Shown here: one piece after another, positions 18,256 to 27,700 of the stretch
Position numbering within the stretch: the stretch's first letter is position 1
How the letters are laid out: every line of letters starts with the position of its first letter
Virus record (IMG/VR): IMGVR_UViG_3300005937_000011
Location: 7,347 to 71,346 of that record
Direction: 5' to 3' (one strand)
DNA from: a virus
Lineage: Duplodnaviria; Caudoviricetes
Length of the DNA stretch: 64,000 nucleotides
Notes under the pieces: model-generated
What the model saw: the letters and a program-made list of their open reading frames with translations, nothing else
Told to the model about the DNA's origin: nothing
The model's database searches: none
Position numbers and translations under genes: made by a program

Positions 18256-18639
18256 ATGCCTATCACCGACGCTAAGCTGCAAAAGCTGGGAGCCAAGGTT
18301 ATCAAGATCGCTGGTAAGGACGATGTGGAGATCCTTCACAAGGTCAAAATTCGCAATGAGAGCGGGGGCTATGCCTATACCTACCAGGTGAGAGCTACGG
18401 TGAAAGGCTTTGCAGTCCCTACCTCAGGTGGTACGACCGTTCCATCTCAGAACATCATTGGTCAGCAGATTATCTCTGAAGCCGACGCGATTATCACAAC
18501 ACCATACGGGACTGAGATAAGCGAAAACGAGCGAATACGCATAAACGGCACGGTGTACAGGACAGTCAAGAGGTTCCAGGGCTCGTTTGAGGTTGTGAGC
18601 AGGTATGCAGCAGTGTACACCACTTTGGATCAATCATGA
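18256..18639 (+). CDS. Head closure protein (SPP1 gp16-like)
   Basis: NESGGY...ERIRINGTVY pattern; position. Confidence 0.6.
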   Translation: MPITDAKLQKLGAKVIKIAGKDDVEILHKVKIRNESGGYAYTYQVRATVKGFAVPTSGGTTVPSQNIIGQQIISEADAIITTPYGTEISENERIRINGTVYRTVKRFQGSFEVVSRYAAVYTTLDQS

Positions 18640-18968
18640 GTGACGCTATCGAAGTACAAGGCTTGGATGCTGCATTAAAAGCCATAGACAAGCAAATAGC
18701 CGACTTTGAGAAGAATGCAGATGGGATATTCCGAAAAGCTGGTGAGCTTTGGAAGAAAAAGGCCAGGGCCAGAGCACGGGTGAAGAGTGGACGAATGAAG
18801 GCAAGTATTCAGTATATCCATGATCACCTGGGAGGCCTAGCGATTGTCCCGGTGCCACACAGTGTCTGGATTGAATTTGGTACACGTCGTGCACGAGCTT
18901 TCCCATTTGCTCTACCAGCCTATGAGATAGCAAAACGCTTCTTGTGGGATGAGTTGAGGAAATTATGA
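18636..18968 (+). CDS. HK97 gp10-like tail completion protein
   Basis: IEVQGLD...ARVKSGRMKASI...WIEFGTRR..PFALPA. Confidence 0.85.
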   Translation: MSDAIEVQGLDAALKAIDKQIADFEKNADGIFRKAGELWKKKARARARVKSGRMKASIQYIHDHLGGLAIVPVPHSVWIEFGTRRARAFPFALPAYEIAKRFLWDELRKL

Positions 18969-19396
18969 GCATAGCAAGTCAAACGTCACTGCTTGAGGTT
19001 CAGAAGGCCATCTATGCCAGGCTCACAGATGACCCGGACCTGATGGAAATCATCACAGGCGTGTTTGACTTCGGAGCTCTGGACATTACTGAAGACATGC
19101 CGGACTTTCCATACATCACCATAGGCAATGCTCAGGAATTCTCGAAAGATGGCTTTAGCACACCTGGATACGAGACGACACAACAGCTTGACATATGGAC
19201 AAACTATGGGGGTTTTGAGCAGTGTTACATCATATTCAACATTATGCAAAGGCTGCTTAATAATCAACCTCTTGACCTTGAAACGCTTCGACATGTGTAT
19301 ACCAACTATACACGTTCTGAACCTTTGTTTGATCCCGATGATAAAACGATTAGACGCTTAAACGCTCAGTACGATACCTTTGCACAGGAGATTTAG
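18965..19396 (+). CDS. Tail terminator (DUF3168-like)
   Basis: VQKAIYARL...GVFD...PYITIG...LDIW. Confidence 0.8.
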   Translation: MSIASQTSLLEVQKAIYARLTDDPDLMEIITGVFDFGALDITEDMPDFPYITIGNAQEFSKDGFSTPGYETTQQLDIWTNYGGFEQCYIIFNIMQRLLNNQPLDLETLRHVYTNYTRSEPLFDPDDKTIRRLNAQYDTFAQEI

Positions 19397-19398
19397 CC

Positions 19399-19782
19399 AT
19401 GGCAACAGCAGCGAATCCAGTCGTGATTATGGTAGCTTCAGACACACTTCACGACATCATGAGCTTTGAAGAGAGCTTGAAGCGCAACCTGGAAGATACG
19501 ACCTCGTTTTCGCAGACCACACCAGGAACAACCGAGTCTATACCCACCACCTACGAAGGCGACTACAAGTTTAGCGGCTCCCTAAACGCAAGCGACAATG
19601 CGCAAATTGCCTTGCGGAATGCCTTATTGAACGCCACTCTTGTTAATATCACGCTTACTGCACAGGGAGAAGATCATACATTTAGTGCATGGGTCAACGA
19701 ATTTAACTCAAAAGGTGAAACAAAAGGCAAGATAGATGTGGACATTGCTATCAAGCTAAACGGAGCCCTAACTATATCATAA
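19399..19782 (+). CDS. Tail tube protein (short form)
   Basis: Position after terminator; EDTT...F.AWVNEF pattern. Confidence 0.7.
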   Translation: MATAANPVVIMVASDTLHDIMSFEESLKRNLEDTTSFSQTTPGTTESIPTTYEGDYKFSGSLNASDNAQIALRNALLNATLVNITLTAQGEDHTFSAWVNEFNSKGETKGKIDVDIAIKLNGALTIS

Positions 19783-19794
19783 GAGGGGTAAAAC

Positions 19795-20715
19795 ATGGCT
19801 ACTCCTGCATTTAATACAAAGATCTATAAAACATCCGGTTCTGCTATTTCTTTCACGGATGAGGCTACAACAGCCTCTGCTGATAGGAAACAGTACACCA
19901 TCTCGACTAGCTCTAAGCGATATCTCGACATAGACACTGCTGTGGTAGTCCAGGCCGAACATGATGAAGTCCAAACGGTCACTATCACGGGAGGCCCATC
20001 GGGTGGCACATTCACGCTTACCTTTGGAGCAAATACCACAGGCAATATTGCTTACAATGCCTCTGCTTCAGCAGTCCAGACAGCACTGAGGGCTCTTGCC
20101 AGTATTGGCAGTGGCAACGTTAACGTCTCGGGTGCGAATGGAGGGCCGTACACAGTCGAGTTTGTGGGCTCGCTGGCCAATGCTTCACAATCACTGCTCA
20201 CAAAGGATGCAAGTGGTCTTACAGGCGGTACAAGCCCGAATGTGGCTATTGCGAGAGTGCAAGCAGGCTCTAGCTGGGCTACTGTATCCTCTGCTCTCTA
20301 CACGCTTATCTATCCGGGTGGCATGATCATTTTTGCCTCTGCGCAGGCACAAGGAACAACCGTCAGGCTTCACAGCGGCAAATACTACACCTATTCCACG
20401 ATCGGGGGCGGGCATGCCTATGAGAGCAACAATAAGCTGAACTTGGAAGACACCACAGAATGGAACACTGATGGGTCGTCGAGCTTTACTCCCACTGTCC
20501 GTGAAGGTGACCTCAAGCTCTCTCATTGGTATATCAATGCTGCACATCAGCAAGCTCTTATAGCAGGCCAAAGGCTCATTATGAGCGCCGCTATCGCTAT
20601 TGGCCGATTTGAGGGATATTGCTACTATAACGAAGCAACCCTTAAAGGTGAAACAAAAGGCGTCCTTGACCAGGATATAGCATTTAAGTTCACTCAGCAG
20701 TATTACATTTATTAG
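19795..20715 (+). CDS. Second tail-tube paralogue with N-terminal accessory domain
   Basis: C-terminal ~110 aa share NLEDTT, EGD.K.S and KGETKG..D.DIA.K with 19399..19782; EVQTVTITG..GGTFTLTF...TGNIAYNA domain. Confidence 0.65.
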   Translation: MATPAFNTKIYKTSGSAISFTDEATTASADRKQYTISTSSKRYLDIDTAVVVQAEHDEVQTVTITGGPSGGTFTLTFGANTTGNIAYNASASAVQTALRALASIGSGNVNVSGANGGPYTVEFVGSLANASQSLLTKDASGLTGGTSPNVAIARVQAGSSWATVSSALYTLIYPGGMIIFASAQAQGTTVRLHSGKYYTYSTIGGGHAYESNNKLNLEDTTEWNTDGSSSFTPTVREGDLKLSHWYINAAHQQALIAGQRLIMSAAIAIGRFEGYCYYNEATLKGETKGVLDQDIAFKFTQQYYIY

Positions 20716-20726
20716 AAAGGCTTTTT

Positions 20727-21182
20727 ATGCCAAAGTTTACGCGTGAGCAGATACGCGAAAAGATGCTAAACCGTAAAAAGCGGATGGCAAAGCTTGAAAT
20801 CGAACTTCCTGGGCTAGAGGAGTTGAATGGAGAGCTAGCGCTTCAAGCCCTCTCGCCTGGCGACTATGAAGACGCGGACGAGCTGAGCAAGGATCAAGAT
20901 GGCAACTCAAATGTCTTTGTCGAAGGTGGTGTGCTTATTGCGCGTTCAGTCGTCGTGTATGCCACGAAAGAGCGCATATTCGAGGATACGGATGCAGAGT
21001 GGATGAAGCAAGAGTGGGATACCGATGTATACGCGCCACTTGTTTTTGCAGTAAAGGAATTCTCGAATATATCGGACACGATGTATGAGAATGCCAAAAA
21101 AAACTTCTTGAAGAGCCAAAAACAAGATTCAGTTACTTCCTCAGAGAGCGAATTGGAGGTACCTGGACAAGGAAAGAAATGA
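20727..21182 (+). CDS. Tail assembly chaperone (gpG-like)
   Basis: Directly upstream of tape measure; contains a slippery site. Confidence 0.8.
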   Translation: MPKFTREQIREKMLNRKKRMAKLEIELPGLEELNGELALQALSPGDYEDADELSKDQDGNSNVFVEGGVLIARSVVVYATKERIFEDTDAEWMKQEWDTDVYAPLVFAVKEFSNISDTMYENAKKNFLKSQKQDSVTSSESELEVPGQGKK

Positions 21183-21316
21183 TGCACAGGATGGACAGTG
21201 AGGAATTTTATGGGTGGATGGCGTACTACGATATCCTAGCAGACGAAAAAGCAGCACGAGAAGAAGAACTTGCAATAAAGCAAGCCGAGTTAGAAGCAAA
21301 AATGAACCAAGGATGA
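21098..21316 (+). CDS. -1 frameshift extension of tail chaperone (gpGT-like)
   Basis: A AAA AAC at 21098-21104; -1 frame reads KLLEEPKTRFSYFLRERIGGTWTRKEMMHRMDSEEFYGWMAYY... to TGA 21314-21316. Confidence 0.8.
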   Translation, partial: KKLLEEPKTRFSYFLRERIGGTWTRKEMMHRMDSEEFYGWMAYYDILADEKAAREEELAIKQAELEAKMNQG

Positions 21317-21319
21317 TAA

Positions 21320-24300
21320 ATGGGTAGTAACACCACATCACAAGGAATAACAATTAGCTTTAAGGGGGACCTTGCTGCCTTAAAAAGCGCGGCCTCTCAG
21401 GCTAAAACTGTCATCCTTGGTGTGGGAGAGGCTGCAAAACCTGCGGGATCAAGCATCTCGTCCTCATTCAAAGCGGCTGCCAATAGTATCCAGAACTTCT
21501 CCTCAAAAGCCCTCATAGCTGGCGAGAATACCTCAAAACTGGCCAGCCTGCAAGCTAAAGCAGGCGAGGCTGCTGCTCGTCTCCAACTAGCTCAGGCGAA
21601 TGCAGCTAAGGCTCTGAAGCAAGCTACGGACATGGAGAATAGCGGCAAAGCCAGTGCTGAGCAGTTAGCCGTAGCGCAAGGTAAAGCCGCCGTAGCAGCT
21701 CAACAAGTCCAGGTAAAGGAAGCAGCTCTTGGCAGTGCCATGCAGAAGGTCACAAACGAAGAGAAATCGATGGCCTCTGCCACGCAACAAGACACGCGAG
21801 AGACGGCCTCATTTGCAGAGGGGCTCAATGTCGTTAAGGGTGCCTTGGGAAATATTGGCTCAGGGCTCAAGAATGCCGTGTCCGGCCTGGGTGAATTTGG
21901 CTCAAAAGCGCAAGGTGCACTTGGCAGTATTGCCTCAGGTGTCAAAGGTGCAATCTCTGGTATGATGGAACTTGGGTCTAAAGCTCTTACATCCGGCGGT
22001 GAAGTCGTTAGTGGTATAGAAAAAGCTGTTACCTCAATTACGCATTTCAAGTCTGAATCGTCCAATATGCACGTCTCTTTTGTTTCAGGCGTAAAAAACA
22101 TGATAAGCAGCCTGCTTGATTTTACCTCCAAAATCGGCATGGCTATCTATGGTATCCAGAACATTATCAGCACATCCGAAGGACTAGCCAAGGCCCTGCT
22201 CAGTCCAGCGGCTTCTGCCGAGCAAACACAGATAGCCTTCTCAGGTCTGCTTGGTAGTGCTGAGAAGGCTACTTCATTCCTTAAAGATCTCCGTAATTTC
22301 GCTGCAACAACACCATTCGAATTTCCTGAATTGGCGCATGACGCGCAAATGATGCTCTCATTCGGTTTCCAGACACGTGATGTCATACCGATGATGACAC
22401 GCCTGGGAGACGCTATCTCAGCGATGGGAGGCAGCTCAGCAGAGATTGAACGTGCCACATTGGCCATCGGGCAAATGCACGCGAAAACCAAGGTCTCTGC
22501 AGAAGAAATGAATCAGTTGACCGAGCTTGGTATACCAGCTTGGGACATGCTAGCAAAAGCCATGGGCAAGACCACAGCTCAGGTGATGGATCTCTCATCA
22601 AAAGGCCTTATCCCAGCCGACCAGGGCATAGACGCTCTCTTGAAGGGCATGGAGCGGTTCAAAGGCGGGATGGATGCACAGTCCAAGAGCTTCATGGGAC
22701 TGCTGTCCAACCTAAAGGACGGCATGAACATGGCCCTGATAGCCTTCGGTGGGCCTATTTTGGACACTGCTAAAAAGGGCTTGGGTGACCTGGTCAATCT
22801 TGTATCCTCACCAGCTTTTGAAAAGTTCGCGGGGGACGTTGGGAAGCGTATTGCTACTATCATTGGAGATATCGGTAAAGCAGCACTAAAAGTAAAAGAT
22901 TCATTTGATACATTCAAGGCTTCTATTGACAAAGTATCTGCAACTACCTTTGCAAAAGGTATTAGCTATTTAGTTAGTCAATTCGGGAATTTGTTTAGTG
23001 TAATCACCGGCAAAATAAAAAGCGCATTTTCTGAGCTGAAAGACGCATTTTTTTCAAATACTACCCTTGCCGGACTTGCCTCTAGTGCTCTCGAAAAGCT
23101 AGGCAATTTCTTCCACAGCGCTGGAGACAAGGTCAAAGAATTTGCAAAAGGGCTCAAAAACTTTAATTTTAATAGTCTCTTTGATCCAACTGAGCTCGAA
23201 TACCTCATTTCAGATATCAAAATCCTGGGACAGCGACTTGGAACGGTTTTTGAGCTCATCAAAATTACAGGTATTAAGATATTCGACAAAATAAAAGACT
23301 CAATGAAAGGCGTTACCAAGGAAGCCCAGAACATATATGATCGATTCTTCAATTTAGGCAAAATAGGCGAAAAAATACAGAAGCTTGGCGGCGTGTTTGG
23401 CATTCTCAACCTAGCGGTACTGTGGGCTAGCAATCAGGTCTACAAGATGGGCACCTTCTTGCAAAGCCCTGCCTTCCAGAAGTTCGCTGACGAAGTCGGC
23501 ACAAAAATATCAAATGTATTTAATGTTATAGGAGACATAATAAATAATCGTGTAAAACCTGCATTTAACGATGTTAAAAAAGTATTAGAGAGCCCAACGT
23601 TTGAAACATTTAAAAACACAATGGGAAGTCTTTTTGATGCTGCAGGTGGGCTTGCAGGTGCTGTGTTTAATCTGTGGTCGAATCTTTCACCAGTCGGTGC
23701 GCTTTTCCGTGGCAACACAGATGTAGGGCAAAAATTTTCCGATATGCTGAGCAATACCAGCAACATTATCAATCAATATGTGATACCAGCAATAAATGGA
23801 TTAAAGGATTGGATCAATGATATGGGGCCAATCCTTCAGCCGATAGGGAAAAAACTTCTCGACATGTTCAATGATTTCTGGAATTGGCTGAAGGCAAACG
23901 GACCAACAGTTATGTCGATAGCCGGAACCATTTTTACAGGGATAGGAGATACAATAAAAGCAATAGCGCCAATTGTTGAAAAAGATTTATTGCCAGCTAT
24001 TGACAATCTCGGGAAGACGCTCGGGCCCATGATTTCTGATTTTGCGAAATGGGAAGACAAAACCGGAGGCGTCAAGCAAGGCATGGACTTAATTAGAGAT
24101 ATTACCGGAATTGTCATTTTAGCAGTTTCTGGGCTTATTGATATCGTAAATGGCATAATTACCATATTTAAATGGTATATGGATACATGTAACGAAGTGG
24201 GAAGGGCGCTAGGTTATGTTGCAAAATCGATAATGGATGCATTTGGAGGAATAGGCCAATGGATACAAGATAGATTCAACGAATTTATCAACAACATAAA

Positions 24301-24796
24301 AAACTCATATCCTGGCATTTACGATAATTTCATAAAACCATTTTCTGATGCATGGAATACTGTTTCAGGCATATTCGCAAAAGTCCAGCAAGGCATACGT
24401 AATCTAACAGGACAAGGTGGGCAAGTAAAGCAGGCTGCTACTGGTGGAAGTGCTATAGGCGGGTTTGCTGGTGGTGTAGAGAACTTCAAAGGCGGTCTTG
24501 CAGTGGTCGGTGAGAAAGGCCCTGAGCTCACAAGATTGCCACGTGGTAGCGACGTTTACACAGCCTCAGAGACCCGCGCAATGCTGAGAGGCATGAAGAA
24601 TTACTCACCTGCCTCAAACAACTACACAAAGCTCTCGACTGCCTCAGGTGGTGGAAGTACACCAGTGGTAGTCCACAACCATATCACGGTTACCGTGCCA
24701 CCTCTCCAGATTGACGGCAGAGACCTCACAGATCGCATAGGACCACACGTTGGCGAGTACGTAGCCTACGCGATGACACGCAAGGGGAGGTTGTAG
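21320..24796 (+). CDS. Tape measure protein
   Basis: 1158 aa, Ala/Gly-rich; FAATTPFEFPEL...QLTELGIP; AGGVENFKGGLAVVGEKGPEL. Confidence 0.93.
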   Translation: MGSNTTSQGITISFKGDLAALKSAASQAKTVILGVGEAAKPAGSSISSSFKAAANSIQNFSSKALIAGENTSKLASLQAKAGEAAARLQLAQANAAKALKQATDMENSGKASAEQLAVAQGKAAVAAQQVQVKEAALGSAMQKVTNEEKSMASATQQDTRETASFAEGLNVVKGALGNIGSGLKNAVSGLGEFGSKAQGALGSIASGVKGAISGMMELGSKALTSGGEVVSGIEKAVTSITHFKSESSNMHVSFVSGVKNMISSLLDFTSKIGMAIYGIQNIISTSEGLAKALLSPAASAEQTQIAFSGLLGSAEKATSFLKDLRNFAATTPFEFPELAHDAQMMLSFGFQTRDVIPMMTRLGDAISAMGGSSAEIERATLAIGQMHAKTKVSAEEMNQLTELGIPAWDMLAKAMGKTTAQVMDLSSKGLIPADQGIDALLKGMERFKGGMDAQSKSFMGLLSNLKDGMNMALIAFGGPILDTAKKGLGDLVNLVSSPAFEKFAGDVGKRIATIIGDIGKAALKVKDSFDTFKASIDKVSATTFAKGISYLVSQFGNLFSVITGKIKSAFSELKDAFFSNTTLAGLASSALEKLGNFFHSAGDKVKEFAKGLKNFNFNSLFDPTELEYLISDIKILGQRLGTVFELIKITGIKIFDKIKDSMKGVTKEAQNIYDRFFNLGKIGEKIQKLGGVFGILNLAVLWASNQVYKMGTFLQSPAFQKFADEVGTKISNVFNVIGDIINNRVKPAFNDVKKVLESPTFETFKNTMGSLFDAAGGLAGAVFNLWSNLSPVGALFRGNTDVGQKFSDMLSNTSNIINQYVIPAINGLKDWINDMGPILQPIGKKLLDMFNDFWNWLKANGPTVMSIAGTIFTGIGDTIKAIAPIVEKDLLPAIDNLGKTLGPMISDFAKWEDKTGGVKQGMDLIRDITGIVILAVSGLIDIVNGIITIFKWYMDTCNEVGRALGYVAKSIMDAFGGIGQWIQDRFNEFINNIKNSYPGIYDNFIKPFSDAWNTVSGIFAKVQQGIRNLTGQGGQVKQAATGGSAIGGFAGGVENFKGGLAVVGEKGPELTRLPRGSDVYTASETRAMLRGMKNYSPASNNYTKLSTASGGGSTPVVVHNHITVTVPPLQIDGRDLTDRIGPHVGEYVAYAMTRKGRL

Positions 24797-24797
24797 T

Positions 24798-27700
24798 ATG
24801 GGGAATCTTATAGTAGAAATCGAGAATGAAAGCTACCTTGTCCAAGAAGGCTCGTTTCAGAGCACTGGCCAGATTGCAGAGGCTTCCAAATGCCAATTTA
24901 TCATTCGAGACGATTATGGGGCATTTCGGTTCAACAAATGGGAAGAGGTAGTAGTAACAGATGATGTAGAAGGTGTGAAATTCACAGGATTTGTTAACTT
25001 CTCGAAAGAACGCAAGGTAGCAGCTCAGCAACTTATCTGGCATACCATAGACTGCATTGATAACCATGCGATATTCGATAAAAAGACGACAAACAAGCTT
25101 TACTCGAATGTATACGGAGGTATTGCAGTTGCCGACATGGCACGGGCTTTGCAATACGAGATTATAGCCAAGCATGCCATACGCAACGACTCAACTCAAG
25201 CAGACTTTGCGGCTGGCAACCTAAGCAACACGATAGCGACCACGAATGTGGATGATGGCTGCTTAGAGTTAAGTCCAGCAGGCTCAAAAGTCACCATCAC
25301 AGAATCCACAACCTCAAACTTTTCGACCGGCACACTTTCCTCTGTTACAGCAGCCAACAATACTCTCAGACCAGACTCTGAAGCTGCCATTAAGATGCAA
25401 TGCACGCAAACAGGTGTAGCACAGGACAACACCTATACCTATGTCAAAATATTCCAACCTGCTAGTACCTTCACCGTTAATGGAACATGTTACCTCTTCT
25501 ATAAAATCTTTATCACGAGCGATTCTCCTGAAGCAAAATTTGGTGTGGACATTACTTTTACTGATAATACATCTTTACGCGACAATTTTACTACAGGAGA
25601 AGTATCACAAAATAATTTGTCGCCACACCCTGGCACCGATCTCGCTGGATACGCCGATGGCCGATGGTATGGGCGTACGTTCGATCTCACTAGCTTCTCA
25701 GGCAAGAATATTGCGTACATCAGTATAGCCTGTGAAGGTGACAAGCCTGGAACCTATACTGCCTATTTTAAGAGTATTCAATACTTAAACAGCGATTTCT
25801 CGAACAATCAATACTTTTTCCAGAATTCACTGAATGTAAATCCCGTGCAGCAGCTCAAAAACCAGGGATACAGTCAAACAAGTGTATCTGTTGTTACAAC
25901 CTATGAGTACACAGAAAATCCAGACACGACGACTTTCAATTTTCGCGATAGTCCATCTTACGATATCAGCAACGTAGGTATACTTAAAAGCTCCTTCATC
26001 TCATGGAAAGCAGATGAGCCGGATAATACACGCTTCTTTGTGAAATACTCCATCGATGGGGGCAATTCATTTATCCTCTGCGAGAATAATGCGCCTCTTC
26101 CCGCTCTCCCAGCAGGCTCAAAATTAACAGGCACTTCTATCATCCTAGCTGAAGAATTCAGCCAAAAGACAGGCTCAAACCCTGAAGAAACGCCTGTTCT
26201 ACATTCTATGAAGCTTGTTTTTAATGCATCTTACGCAGCAAGTAAAACAGACGTAAACTATGCTTCAACATCAAGTGCGGTTTGGCAAAATACAGGCACA
26301 TTCAGCAATACGCAAGTATCAGGACTGTTTTTGCAGTTAGTAGGCTCAACTCGCTATTTTGATGAAAATTCTACAAATAACGAAATGTCAAATATCACTC
26401 TGTTTGGAGGCAAGGCAACAGGGCCGAATAACGCGAATACGTGCTTTCAGTACATCAACAAGAAACAATTTAGTTTACAAGTTCATCAGTCCACAGAAGC
26501 TCGTAGCAGGATGGACTTTGCTGGCCAATTTGCAGACGGTACGCTCGAATTTGATATCTATATCGACAATTCAAATATGAAAGACGGTTGTGTGTACCGT
26601 ACGTCCAATTGGTCAAATTATGATGCAAATTATGCATATGCTGTAGAGATATTTGGCACAACAATTGCGCTTCAGAAAGGTTCAAATAGCTCAGCCTCAT
26701 CCGACGGCACGCGTACTCAAGTAGCAATTGCTACTGTCAATCTGACTTCACAAGCTATCCACCGCATTAAGGTTGTCTTCTCAGGCTCATCACATCAGAT
26801 ATTCTTAGACGATGTGCGTGTCATTAATGCAACTGACTCAACTTATACAGGTGCTGGTTACGTTGGCTTTAGAGTTTCGAATACTGATGCTTCAAATGGC
26901 TATATCTCCTTCTTTGACAACTTTGGCATTATGAAAACCCTTACAGGCACTTGGACATCGAACAACATTAGCCTCACAACGGCTGCAAACTATGGTGACA
27001 GCGCGGTCTACTGGGAGGATTACTCGATAGATTCGCAGTCTACAAGCTTGTTGGTAGAGGCCAGCATCAATGGCGGCTCGTCCTATTCCACCTGTGCCAA
27101 CGGAGCGCCTATACCAGGCTTGACGCTGGGACAGTCACTCTCTGGAGTCAACCTCAAATTCAGGGTTACCTTGACCACGGCGGCTGCTACCAGCATGCCG
27201 CAAATCCGCTATCTCGTGGCTCGTATACTCGGCCAGTATAGTGCTTCAGGCACTCGCATATCACCTGCTCTTGATCTCTCTCCTGCGGTTGTAGCGGGCT
27301 CGACACTAGCAGCCTATGACGCGCTCTTGCCGTCAGGGACTAGTGTCCAGCTCGCTACAAGCCTCAATGGTACTTCTTTCACTATTGTGAATAGTGGTGA
27401 TCCCATTTCGGGTATCGCTGGCCAGCCCGATGCAACGCTCGACACCTTCGACACGAATACAGCAAGTGCATACACGAGCACGGCACGCACAAGCGGTACG
27501 GCTGCTGTCTATATGTGGAACACAGCGAATAGCCGGATTACTGTTAGTGGTGGAACAAATGCGCTCTTGCTTCGTACAGGCCTATCCAAGAAAGATGTTG
27601 ATTTGATGCTGGACTTGGATCAAGCGGATTGCTCAGGCCTGGTCTGGAGACGAACGGATAACAGCAACTTCTATGAGCTCGATATCTTCGATGACACGTC

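Noticed and set aside
21700-24531. Numerous minus-strand ORFs within the tape measure, and similar ones across the structural genes
   Set aside because: These are antisense shadows of long coding genes with no RBS or motifs.
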